A stretch of DNA of 64,000 bases, from positions 8,556,001 through 8,620,000 of the forward strand of contig NC_086097.1 in assembly GCF_963921235.1 (NCBI RefSeq), read 5' to 3'. The notes below the pieces were generated by a model. The model had not been told where the DNA came from. It did no database searches and saw only the letters and a list, made by a program, of their open reading frames with translations. This DNA comes from Mobula hypostoma. Its lineage: Eukaryota. A program made the translations under genes and the position numbers. The first letter of the stretch is position 1. Each line of letters opens with the position of its first letter. Below, piece by piece: positions 50,611-63,025 of this stretch.

Positions 50611-51303
50611 CGTTCTGGGTGTCCGGCAGGAGATACGTCTCTACCAAAGGAGGTGTCGGTACTCATTCCCACTGTTTCCCCCTGCAGGTCATGTTTGGGC
50701 AAGGTGTAGCACCTGCTTAGCCACCACCCCACCACTCCAACCCAATCAGGGTCACCTGAAGACACAGGAGCAGGTAGTGGATGGGGGTATGAGCGGCTGG
50801 TGCAAATCATGTCCTGCATGTGTGACCACTGATGCCAGGCAGACAATCTCTAAACAGTATTGATAATGGTTGGAGGGTTACCTGTCTTGTAAAGACACTA
50901 CCCAGAAGAAGGCAATGGCAAACCACTTCTTTTTTAAAATTTTTTTTTATTTAGTTTTCAAATTTGATTACATAGAATAATATCTACCCACCCCCATAAT
51001 ATACCCCTACCCAAAAAAAGAAAAAAAAAATAGAAAAAAAAAAGAAAGAAAGACTGCCTGGATATTGCTCCATGGGATTCAAAATAAATGTAATATATGT
51101 ATTTGTTTCTTTCCCCAAAGGACCAACATCTTTATCATCGGAGAACCTACATATACAGTCCTATCTTTTGTAAATAAATGCACCAAATACTCAAAAATGT
51201 ATCATATTTATTCCTTAAATTATAAGTAGAAAAATTTTCCAAGAACAATCGTGGTCATGGAAAGACCATGTCATATGACACAGCACATAACAAATGAATG
51301 AAT
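50611..51303 (+). mobile_element. RTE/BovB-related non-autonomous element split by an L1 fragment
   Basis: GAAGAAGGCAATGGCAAACCACTTCT|...|GTAGAAAAATTTTCCAAGAA (BovB/Bov-A-like 5'UTR motif) and a (GAAT)n tail. Confidence 0.65.
50931..51225 (-). mobile_element. L1/Tx1-type LINE 3' end
   Basis: YNLRNKYDTFLSIWCIYLQK resembles a fish L1 ORF2 terminus, followed by a T/G-rich UTR and an A-rich tail. Confidence 0.6.
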
Positions 51304-52492
51304 ATGGGTTCAGGGTCTATTTAGAAGTCTGATTGCAGATGGTCAGAAGCTGTTCTTAAGTTGCTGAGTGTGGGTCTTCAGGTTCCTGTACCTCTTCCCG
51401 AGTGGTTGTAAGGCAAAGAGAGCAAGGCCTGCATGGTGAGTGTCTTTAATGATAGATGCTACCTTCTTGAGGCTCTTCCCCTTGAATATTTCCTTGATGG
51501 CAAAGAGAGTTGTGCCTATGATGAGGCTGGTTGTGTTTGCGCTCCTCTGCAACCCGGTTACGATCCTATACATTTGAGTTTCAATGCCAGGCAGTTAGAA
51601 TGTTCTCCACTGTACATGTGTAGAAATTTGCTAGAGTCTTTGGTAACATATCAAATGTCCTCAAACTCCCAATGAAATAGTACCACTGGCAAGCCTTGTT
51701 TGTGATTGCATCAATGTGTTGGGCTCGGGATAGGTCCTCAGAGATGTTGATGTCCAGGAAGTTGAGGCTGCTCACCTTTTCCAATACTCACCGAGCAGTG
51801 CTAGGAAGCCTTGGGTTATAACAAGCAGCTTCTCACTTCTCCCCTTCCGTCACAGATTATTTTCTTAACATCCGTGTGTACAAAATGCCCTCATTTATAT
51901 GGCAAAATCACTAATGGCCCTGAGCAATTACAGTTAGTATTGAACTGAAAAATGAATTCTGCATAGGACTTTAGCTCAGTTCAGTTTGATTTTATTCTTC
52001 AAGCTAGAAGGCTATATGAATTATTTAATGATTTTGTTTCTGAAAATCAAAACTAGTAGATGAAGTGTTATGATTCATTACTGCTATATTCCAAATGCAA
52101 AAACAAACCAGCAATTAGTTAGTGAAACAAAATTGTCCTAAAGGAAGTCTCATAACTGGTCGTTTTTAATAATGGGAATCAGGTTGAATATGACTAGCAT
52201 ATGTCATGAAATTTGTTGTTTTGCGGCAGCAGTTCATTGCAGTACAGAAGTAAACTATAAATTACAGTAAGAAACAAATCTAAGCACATACTCTATATGG
52301 CTAGGGTGCCTAAGAACTTGGCACAGTATTGTAAGCTGTTTTTTATACAAGTTTCTGTGTGGATTAATTTTGATTTGATTTAAAGCACACGGTAGAAAGA
52401 CATCCATGTCCATCCTCCCTTTATTTTCCCTTGAAACAGCAATATCTGTGAGTCTTAGGTTTTTGTTAATGTTGGTGAACATTTAGTAGATA

Positions 52493-52557
52493 CAGTACTG
52501 TGCAAGTCTTCGGCATCCTAGCTACATATATATACCTAAGACTTTTGTGCAGCACTG
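52493..52557. mobile_element. 65-bp Tc1-type mini-MITE; second decayed copy at about 52265-52331
   Basis: TA|CAGTACTGTGCAAGTCTTCGG...CCTAAGACTTTTGTGCAGCACTG|TA. Confidence 0.7.
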
Positions 52558-53552
52558 TAATTGTCAATCTGAAGCAGAGGTTGAGTGTGTAAATCTGGAG
52601 GGAGCAAAGGATGTTGGGAATGATGAGGGTGGAGCACCACCGGAGGTACAGGTGGCAGAGAAGGAGTGCTAGGGGCGGAGGGTAGCCTGAGTGCAGACAC
52701 ACCCAGCCCTAAAACATCAGGTAAGGTCATTATATTCCAAACAATTAGTTCAATTATCATTCCAGAATGTCTCTCTGGTTCTTCCCACTCCCTCCACGCC
52801 CTCTCTCTCCCTTTTCCCAACCATGATGCCCCTCTCTCTGCCCCCTTCCCATTCTTAGTCTACAACAGAGACTCATATCAGAGTCAGGTTCATCATCTGT
52901 ACCTGTGCTGTACATATAAAATTATGTTAATTAAGTAGTACAAAAAAAAGTTCAAAAAAATACTTCCTTATCCTTGATTTTCCGTGGATGGTGCTTAGAT
53001 AAGATGCATTTTTCATCCAGGTCAATGGCTACAATAAACAACATTTACAGCAAGGAACTGGTTATATGCCCTGCGCTGGTGTTTATACATCCAACACCCA
53101 CTTTTCTTCATCCATGAACTTCCATATCCTTCTTCCTCTTTAACTTGTATATTTTTACTTACTTATTTATTGAGAGACACAGCATTTTCACGAGCCCTTC
53201 CAGCCCAGTGAGCCCGTGCTGTCCCATTATACCCATGTGACCAATTAACCTATATTTTTGGAAAATGGGAGAAAACCAGGGCACCTGGAGGAAACCCATG
53301 CATGACAATCTTTCTTTCTCCATGACAACATAAATGTCTTTCCTTACGAAGTGTTTTTATGGTTTTATATACTGCTATATTCCAACAGAAAAAATGGAAT
53401 TAGTCAGTGAAACAAAACTGTAGTCCTGGAGGGAGTCTAATAACTTTGGTTGTTTTTTTTAAAACTAGAATCAAGTTTAATGTCACTAGGTCATAATATT
53501 TGTTATTTTGCAGCAGCAGTTCATCGCAATATGTAATATTAATACAAACTCA

Positions 53553-55880
53553 ATGCTGTGTAATGAACCTGAGCTGATTAGGGAGCTGGAGGTAATGGAA
53601 CCCCTTGGAAGTAGTGATTATAATATGACTGAGTTCAGTTTCAAATTTGAAAAGGAGAAGCTGGTATCAGGTGTATCGATATTTCAGTGGAACAAAGGGA
53701 ATTACAGTGGTATGCGAGAGGGACTGCCCCAAGTCAATTGGAAAAGTAAGCTAGATGGAGGGATGGTAGAGCAGAATTGGATGAAATTCCTATAAGAAAT
53801 AAGGAAAGTGCAGGAAAAATATATTCCAAGAAAAGAGAAAATCATGAATGGAAAAATGGCATAAATGTGGATAACGAGAGAGGTTAAGGCTAAAATAAAA
53901 GCAAAAGAGACGGCGTACAAGGAAGCAAAAAAAAGTGGGAAAACTGAGGACTGCACAATATTTAAAAACTTACTAAGAAAAATCATTAGGAAAGAAAAGT
54001 TGAATTATGAAAGGAAGTTGGCAATTAACATTATAAAGGGCACTAGGAGTTTTTTTTAATATATGAAGAGTAAAAGAGTGACACGGGTAGATATAGGACC
54101 CATGGAAAATAATGCTGGAGAAATTATAATGGGTAACAAGGAGATGGCAGAGGAACTAAATGAGTATTTTGCATCAGTCTTCACAGTGGAAGACATTAGC
54201 AACATACCTAATAGCCAGAGATATCAGGGAATAGAATTAGGTACAGTCAAGATTACTGGAGAGAAAGTGCTTGGGAAGCTAAATGGGCTAAGAATAAATA
54301 AGTCTCCCAGATCAGATGAGGTGCACACATGGGTTCTGAAGAAGGTGGCTTTGGAGATTGTGGAGGCATTGGAAATGATCTTCCAGGAATCAATAGACCC
54401 TGGCACGGTTCCAGAGGACTGGAAGGTTGCAAATGTAGTTCCGTTGTTTAAGAAAGGAGGGAGGTAGCAAAAAGAAAATTACAGACCTATTAGTCTGACA
54501 TCGGTAGTTGGAAAGTTATTGGAGTCAATCGTCAAGGATGAGGTTATGAAAAACCTTGAGGTGCATGACAAGATAGGCCCAAGCCAGCATGGTTTCATGA
54601 AGGGAAGATCCTGCCTCACCAACCTATTGGAATTTTTTGAGGTAATCTCAAATAAGATTGACAAGGGAGAGGCTGTGGATGTTGTGTATTTGGATTTTCA
54701 AAAGGCCTTTGATAAGGTGCGGCATAAGAGGCTGCTTAATAAGATGAGACCCCATGGAGTTATAGGAAAGATACTGGAATGGGTGGAGCATTGGCTGATA
54801 GGCAGAAAGCAAAGGGTGGGAATAAAGAGATCCTATTCCGATTGGTTGCCAATTACTAGTGGTGTTCTGCAAGGGTTGTTGTTGGGGCCACTTCCTTTAA
54901 AATGTATATCAATGATTTAGATTATGGATTAAATGGTTTTGTGGCTAAGTTTGCGGATGACACCAAGATAGGTGGAGGAGCAGGAAGTGTTAAAGAAACG
55001 GAAAGGTTACCGAGAGATTTGGTCAGTTTAGGAGAGTGGGTAAAGAAATGGCAGATGAGATACAATGTTGAGAAATGTACATTTGTACATTTTGGAAGAA
55101 GAAACAATTGGGCAGATTATTAATTAGATGGGGAGAAAATTCAAAAATCGGAAGTGCAAAGGTACTTGGGGGTCCTCGTGCAGGATACCCTAGAGGTTAA
55201 CCACCAGCTTGGATTGGCAGTAAGGAAAGTGAATGCTATGTTGGCATTTATTTCAAGAAGAATAGTGTATAAGAGTAAGGAGGTGTTGATGAGGCTCTAT
55301 GGGGTACTGGTAAGACCTCATTTGGAATACTGTGTGCAGTTTTGGGCACCCTATCTTAGAAGGGATGTTCTGATGTTGGAGAGAGTTCAGAGAAGACTTA
55401 CAAGGATGATTCCTGAAATGCAGGGGCTAACATATGAGGATCATTTGTCGGCTCTTGGACTATATTCATTAGAGTATAGAAAAATTAGAGGGGATCTCAT
55501 AGAAACATTTCGATTGTTGAAAGAGTTGGACAGAGTAGATGTGGAAAGGCTGTTTCCCTTGGTGGCTGAGTCCAGGACAAGAGGCCACAGTCTTAGAATT
55601 AGAGGGTACCCATTTAAAACAGAGATAAGGAGAAGTTTTTTTAGCCAGAGGGTCATGGATTTGTGGAATTCATTGCCACATACAGCTGTGGAGGCCCAAT
55701 CATTGAGGGTGTTTAAGGAAGAGATTGATAGGTATCTAATTAGTCAGGGTATCAAGGGACATGGGGAAAAAGCCAGTAATTGGAACTAGATGGGAGAATA
55801 ATTTAGCTCATGGTGGAGTGGTGGAGCAGACTCGATGGGCCGAATGGCCTACTTCTGCTCCTTTGTCTTGTGATCTTGTG
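53553..55880 (+). mobile_element. 5'-truncated CR1 LINE
   Basis: LGSSDY, PEDWKVANVVPLFKKG, HGFMKGRSCLTNL, YLDFQKAFD and KFADDTK motifs; tail tcttgtgatcttgtga. Confidence 0.95.
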
Positions 55881-56799
55881 AAACAACTCCTTCTCTTTTG
55901 TTGAACAAAAACACTCTCCTGTACTGATTACTGGTGTTCTTTGCGACTAACTATTCTTAGATTTGGAACCCTGGCAAGTGGATGTTCCTACTTTATCAAA
56001 ATCCCTTCACAGTTTTAAAGACTCTGTTCAGAAAGGCACAGTGATGCTATAGGAAGTTCAGTTGCCTCACAACTCCAGTAACCAGGTCAGAGTTGGGGTG
56101 TGTGAAGTTAAGTGAAGTTATCCACTCTAGTTCAAGAGTCTAGAAGTTGAGGGGTAACAGCTTTTCCTGAACCTGGTGGTGTAAAACTTGAAGCTCCTGT
56201 ACCTCCTTCTTGATGGCAGCAGTGAGAAGAGACCATGACCTTGTTGATGGGGATCATGTGGGGCTTCTCCTACATCCCAAAATCATGCAGATTTTTAACT
56301 TGTGGAATTTGTTGCCATAGGCGTCTGTGGAGGTCAAGTCTTGGTTATATTTAAGGCAGAGGTTGATAGATTCTTGAGCAGTCAGGGCATGGAAGGATGC
56401 ATGCAGGGAGAAGGCAGGAGATTGGGGCTGAGAAGGAAAATGGATCAGCCATGATGAAATGTCAGACAGACTCATTATAAGTCTTATGGTCTTACAGCCA
56501 GTCACATTTTTTACTTCAATTCAAAGGATTTTTAAGTGCTGAAACTGTTGCACATGTTAGGATTTGTTATAAAACTAATATTTCACACCACTGACCTTTC
56601 ATATTTCATTCACTTCTGTGCAGTTAATTGGTAAATTGGCTTATTATGGTCGTCTGCACCAAGATACAGTGAAAAGCTTTTGTTCATTTTCCACTGCTGC
56701 CAAATAAAAAATGAGATTACTGAGCATCGTGTGTCAATGAATTTAGGCTGATGTTCGGGACACACAAGCTAGTCTGTCAATACAACTGCTTATTATCAC

Positions 56800-58015
56800 A
56801 GGTAGATAAGGTCATAAAGAAAGCTTTTGGCTCAATGCCTTTTATAAATCTAAGTATTCAGTACAGGAGTTGAGATGTAATATTGAAGTTGTATAAGACA
56901 TTGGTGAGGCCTAATTTAGAGTATTGTGTCCAATTTTGGTCACCTACTGACAGGAAAGATGTAAATAGGTTTCAAAGAGTGCTGGGAATTGAGGAACTGA
57001 GTTGTAGTGGAAGGTTGAATATGATAGTATTTTATTCCCTGAAGTGTAGGAGAATGAGGAGAGATTTGACAGAAGTATAAAAAATCATGAAGGGTATAAA
57101 TAGAAACATAGAAAACCTATAGCACAATACAGGCCCTTCAGCCCACAAAGTGGTGTCTAATATGTCCCTACCTTAGGCATTACTAGGCTTACCTATAACC
57201 CTCTATTTTACTAAGCTCCATGTACCTATCTAAGTGTCTCTTAAAAGACCCTATTGTATCCACCTCCACCGCTGTTGCCGGCAGCCCATTCCACACACTC
57301 ACCACTCTCTGAGTAAAAAACCTACCCCTGACATCTCCTCTGTACCTACTTCCCAGCACCTTAAACCTGTGTCCTCTTGTGGCAACCATTTCAGCCCTGG
57401 GAAAAAGCCTCTGATTATCCACACGATCAATGCCTCTCATCATCTTATACACCTCTATCAGGTCACCTCTCATTCTCCGTCGCTCCAAAGAGAAAAGGTA
57501 GAGTTCACTCAACCAATTCTCATAAGGCAGATTCCCCAATCCAGGCAACATCCTTGTAAATCTCCTCTGCACCCTTTCCATGGCTTCCACATCCTTCCTG
57601 TAGTGAGGTAACCAGAACTGAGCACAGTACTCCACGTGGTGTCTGACCAGGCAACATTACCTCTTGGCTCCTAAATTCAATAGGGTAGAAATAAGCAGGC
57701 TTTTTCCATTGAGGTTGAATGAGACTTAACTAGTGATCATAGGTTAAGGGTAAGAGGTGGAATATTTAAGGGGAACACGAAGGGGACCTTCTTCATTCAG
57801 AGGGTGGTGCGAGTGAGGAACGAGCTGCTAATGCAAGTGGTAGATGGGGGATCAATTTCAATATTTAAGAAAATTTTGCATAGGTACATGGATGGGAAGG
57901 CATGGAGGGCTATGATCTGGTTGCAGGTCGATTGGACTAGGCAGATTCATGGTTCAGCATGGATTAGACAGGCCAAAGGGCCTCTTTCTGTGCTGTAGTG
58001 TTCGTGACTCAGTGA
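56800..58015 (+). mobile_element. CR1 3' part split by an antisense CR1 (57104-57678)
   Basis: RPNLEYC on the plus strand; inner minus-strand ORF 57189-57635; AATAG duplicated at 57099-57103 and 57679-57683. Confidence 0.85.
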
Positions 58016-60305
58016 CTCAATATTAATTCAACTTTGCATGTTGGACTCATGAACTGTTTCAAACTTAAGAAGTCACCATTTATATTTATGTATCCCTTCA
58101 GTAGCCAAATGAAAAATCTTCCTCATTATTCAGGTCAAATGGTGTCAGTTATTGCACTGTTAACACCTTATTTCAGAACCAGCTCCTCAGAGCCCTGTGA
58201 ATCAAAGATCTTGAAGTTGAAATAATTGTTCTCTGATTTATTTATGACATAATGGAGAGCTGTTGCAAAGTTTAACAAAGAAATCTCATTATATTCGCTG
58301 ATCCAGTGCTTAAACCCAGAATCTCAGAGGGCAGCCACTGTTGTTAAGGAAGCTTATATTAAAATCCTAGATGGCACATGCAGTCATTTCAGATAAAAAG
58401 TTCAACTTTATTATCATTTCAACCATAAACATGTATTCCCCCAAAAAGAAACAATGATCCTCCAGACCAAAGTGCACAACACAGTTCATATAACTCACAC
58501 GTAACAGATAAGTAATATTACCACAAATATATTAACAGATAATAAAGTGCATTTACAATACTAGCTAAAACGCTAATGGTATAACACTACTGGCGCTACA
58601 TATATGATGAGAACTGGGTGGTGGTCATGTACATTTCTAAGCTCCACGTACATATCCAAGAGCCTCTTAATCTGACCATGTCACACACTCACCACTTTCT
58701 GCATAAAAAACTTACCCCTGACATCTCCTCTGTACCTACTTCCAAGCACCTTAAAACTGTGGCCTCTCATGTTAGCCATTTCAGCCCTGGGAAAAAGCCT
58801 CTGACTATCCACACAATTAATGCCTCTCATCATCTTATACACCTCTATCAGGTCACTTCTCATCCTCCGTTGCTTCAAGGAGAAAAGGCCAAATTCTCTC
58901 AACTTATTCTCATACGGCTGCTCCCCAATCCAGGCAATGTACTTTTAAATCTCCTCTGCACTCTTTTTATAGTTTCCACATCCTTCCTATAGTGAGGTGA
59001 CCAGAACTGAGTGAGCATACTACTCCAAGTGGGGTCTGGCCAGGGTCCTATATAGCTGTAACATTATTTCTTGGCTCTTGAACTCATTCCCACGGTTGAT
59101 GAAGGCCAATTCACAGTATGCCTTATTAACCACACAGTCAACCTGCCCAGCAGCTTTGAGTGTCCTATGGACTCGAACCCCTAGATCCCTCTGATCCTCC
59201 ACACTGCTGAGTCTTACAATTAATACTATAGCCTGTCATTATATTTGACCTACCAAAATGAACCACCTCACACTTATCTAGGTTGAATTCCATCTGCCAC
59301 TTTTCAGCCCAGTTTTGCATCCTATCAATGTCCCGCTGTAACCTGTGACAGCCCTCCACACTATCCACAACACCCCCAACTTTTATGTCATCAGGAAATT
59401 TACTAATCCATCTCTCCGCTTCCTTTTCCAGGTCATTTATAAAAATCACGAAGGGTAGGGTCCCAGAACAGATCCCTGAGGCACACCACTGGTGACCGAC
59501 CTCCATGCAGAATATGACCCATCCACACTTTGCCTTCTGTGGGCAAGCCAATTCTGGATCCACAAGGCAAGATCCCCTTGGATCCCATGCCTCCTTACTT
59601 TCTCAATAAGCCTTGCATGGAGTACCTTACCAAATGCCTTGCTGAAATCCATATACACTACATCTACTGCTCTACCTTCATCAGTGTGTTTAGTCACATC
59701 CTCAAAAAATTCAATCAGGCTCGTATGGCATGACCTGCCCTAGGCAAAGCCATACTGACTATCCCTAATCAGATTATGTCTTTTCAAATGCTCATAAAAC
59801 CTGCCTCTTACAATCTTTTCAAAAAACTTGCCCACCACTGAAGTCAGACTCACCAGTCTATAATTTTCTGGGTTATCTCTATTCTCTTTCTTGAACAGGG
59901 CAACAACATTGGAAACCCTCCAATCCTCCGGTACTTCTCCTGTCTCTATTGATGATGCAAAGATCATCACCAGAGGCTCAGCAATTTCTTCCCTTGCTTC
60001 CCACAGTAGCCTGGGGTATATCTTGTCTGGTCCTGGTGACTTATCCAACTTGATGCTTTCTAAAAGCTCCAGCACATCCTCCTTCTTAATGTTTATATGC
60101 TCAAGTTTTTCACTCCACTGTAAGTCATCCGTACAATCATCAAGATCCTTTTCCGTAGTGAATACTGAAGAAAAGTATTCATTAAGTACCTCCGCTACCT
60201 CCTCTGGTTCCATACACACTATTCCCACTTTCACACTTAATCTCATGTCTTATCCTCTTGCTCTTCACATACTTGTAGAATGCCTTGGGATTTTCCTTAA
60301 TCCTG

Positions 60306-61002
60306 TAGGGGTGTATGGGGTGTCAGGGAGGGGTGCACCTCTGGTGGGGGAACATGTCGCGTCCTTTTCTAGGCGGTTAGTCCACCTTTGGTCCCCACCT
60401 GGCAGTCAGTTCTCACCTGTGGCTCCTCGTAGCTGTTTGCATGCGTCAGCGGCCACACTCCGGGCAACGGCTCCAACAAACCGGTTAAACCAGGTGAGGG
60501 TAGCCGACGGGTCTCAAACCCTCAGTGAGATAGGGAGTTGTCTATCCTAGCATGTGAAGACAGACTCCGGCAGACTGAGCGGACGAGACCAATGGAAGGT
60601 TCAACGGTCAAGAAGGCGGTCTCTGCAAGCGTCGTGGAACGTGTGGAGCACGACAAGACACAGAAGATGTCCTGGTCATCCACTGCGCCTAGTCCCATCT
60701 TCAGGCATCTCAACTCTTGTCTTGCCACTGGATCCAGATGGGAATTGGGAAGAGAGAGCTGACGCTGTGCAACTCTCCATCACTTAAATCCAAAACAAGC
60801 GTTCGTCTCAACAGCATAAATCACCATCTGGAGGCAAGTGGCTTCAGCGCTGGACTTCAGGGTGAGTGGTCCCGAGTTCGAATCCAGCCGGCTCCCTTGC
60901 ATGCTTTCCATCCGTGCTGGGTTAAGCATTGAGCTAGCAACTCAACCTCGTAAAAAAAAAGTACTAATGGGGTTGAAGTCTTCATCGATGACTATGGATG
61001 AA
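60306..61002 (+). mobile_element. non-coding RTE-related retroposon, family B, full length
   Basis: 11-bp TSD CCTTAATCCTG at 60295-60305 and 61003-61013. Contains a nested tRNA/RTE SINE at about 60828-60960. Confidence 0.85.
60308..60500 (+). ncRNA. HDV-like ribozyme fold at the 5' end of family B (C75-equivalent is T in this copy)
   Basis: P1 GGGGTGT(60308-60314 or 60317-60323)/ACACTCC(60455-60461); P2 CTCACCTG(60412-60419)/CAGGTGAG(60491-60498); P3 GGC(60421-60423)/GCC(60452-60454); L3 TCCTCGT; GGGCAAC(60462-60468); P4 CGG/CCG; J4/2 G-T-T-A-A. Confidence 0.8.
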
Positions 61003-62415
61003 CCTTAATCCTGCTCGCCAAGGCCTTCTCATGGCCCCTTCTGGTTCTCCTAATTTCATTCTTAAGTTCTTTCCTGCTAACCTGATAATTTTCTAGATCT
61101 CTATTGTTACCTAGTTTTGTGAACCTTTCGTAAGCTTTTCTATTTTTCTTGACTAGATGTTCAACTGCCTTTGTACACCACGGTTCCCGTACCCTACCAT
61201 CCTTTCCCTATGTCATTGGAATGTACGTATGCAGAATGTCACGCAAATATCCCCTGACCATTTGTCACATTTCTGATGTCCATTTCCCTGAGAACATTTG
61301 CTCTCAATTTATACTTCCTAGTTTCTGCCTGATAGATTCATATTTCCCCTTACTCCAATTAAACGCTTTCCTAACTTGTCTGTTCCTGTCCCTCTTCAGT
61401 GTTATGGTAAAAGAGATAGAATTGTGATCACTATCTCCAAAATGCTCTCCCACTGAGAGACACCTGACCAGGTTCATTTGCCAATGCAGTACCAGATCAA
61501 GTACATCCTCTCCTCTTGTAGGCTTATCTACATATAGTGTCAGGAAACCTTCCTGAACACACCTAACAAACTCCACCCCATCTAAACCCCTTGCTCAAGG
61601 GAGATGCCAATCAATATTAGGGAAATCAAAATCTCCATTTGCGACAACCCTGTTATTATTGTACCGTTGCAGAATCTGTCTCCCTATCTGCTCCTCGATG
61701 TTCCTGTTACTATTGGGCAGCCTATAAAACACACCCCGTAAAATTATTGACCCCTTCTTGTTTCTAACTTCCACCCACAGAGACTCAGTAGACAATCCCT
61801 CCATGACTTCCCCCTTTTTTGCAGCGTTTCACTATCTCTGATCAACAGTCCCACATCCCCACCTCTTTTGCTCCCCTCCCTGTCCTTTCTGAAACATCTA
61901 AAGCCTGGCACTCTAAGTAGCCATTCCTGCCCCTGAGCCATCCAAGTCCCTGTAATGGCCACCACATCATAGCTCCAAATACTGATCCACGCTCTAAGCT
62001 CATTTGCTTTGTTCATGATACTCCTTGCATTAGAATAGACACATTTCAAACCATTAGTTTGATTGCATCCCTTCTCTATCACCTGCCTATCCTCCCTCTT
62101 ACGTTGCCTACACACTTTCTCTATTTGTACCCCAAGCGCCCCCTCTCTGTCTCTTCAGTTTAGTTCCCACCCCCCAGCAATTCTAGTTTAAACTCTCCCC
62201 AATAGCCTTAGCGAATCTCCCTGCCAGGATATTGGTCCCCTTCGGATTCAAGTGCAACCCATCCTCTTTGTACAGGTCACGCCTGCCCCAAAAGAGATCA
62301 CAATGATGCAGAAATCTGAATCCCTGTCCCCTGCTCCATTCCCTCAGACATGCCTTTACCCTCCAGCTCACTCCATTCCTATACTCACTGTCGCGTGACA
62401 CAGGCAGTAGTCCTG

Positions 62416-63025
62416 TATCATATCGTAGGAAAGGCAGATGATCTCAGGGCATGGATCAATACCTGGAATTACAAAATTGTAGCCATTAGTGAGATTTGGT
62501 AGCAGGAGAGGCAGGACTGGCAGCTCAATATTCTGGGGTTCGGTTGTTTTAGATGCGACAGAGCAGGAGGAATTAAAGGAGGAGGGGTTGGCGTTGCTAG
62601 TCAGGGAAAATGTCATGGCGGTGCTCAGTCAGAATAGACTGGAGATCTCATCTAGTGAGGACTTATGATGGAAATGAGAAATAGGAAAGATATGAGCACG
62701 TTAATGGGGCTGCATTACAGGCCACTCAACCGTCCGAGGGATTTAGAAGAACAAATTTGCAGAGAGATCGCAGACTGTTGTAAGAAACACAAAGTTGTTA
62801 TAGTAGGTGATATTAACTTTCCATCCATTGAATGGAACTCCCATACTGTGAAAGGACTAGATGGGATAGCATTTGTAAAATGTGTTCAGGAAAGTTTCCT
62901 CATTAGTATTTAGAAGTCCCAATTAGAGAGTGCGCAGCACTTGATCTGCTATTATAGAATGAGAGAGGGCAGGTGATAAAAGTTTGTGTTGGGAAACACT
63001 TTGGATGTAGAGATTACAATGCCAT
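62416..63025 (+). mobile_element. CR1 endonuclease-domain fragment
   Basis: GLHYRP...LEEQICREIADCCKKHKVVIVGDINFP...KCVQESFL. Confidence 0.85.

Larger units (their letters stand above)
50485..51790 (-). mobile_element. Rex-type LINE 3' part, split at about 50605-51303
   Basis: EKVSSLNFLDINISEDL...PKTLANFYTC and GKRYRNLKTHT, with a (CTGATT)n tail. Confidence 0.8.
58626..62415 (-). mobile_element. CR1 LINE (ORF1 esterase end + frameshifted ORF2), split at 60306-61002
   Basis: DGLHL, NARSI, GDFDFP, KSPGPD, YMDFSKAF and SGVPQGS motifs. Confidence 0.95.

Noticed and set aside
62183..63025. Head-to-head CR1 pieces as a twin-priming inversion
   Set aside because: The plus fragment repeats the endonuclease region already present and resembles a different subfamily, so independent insertions are more likely.
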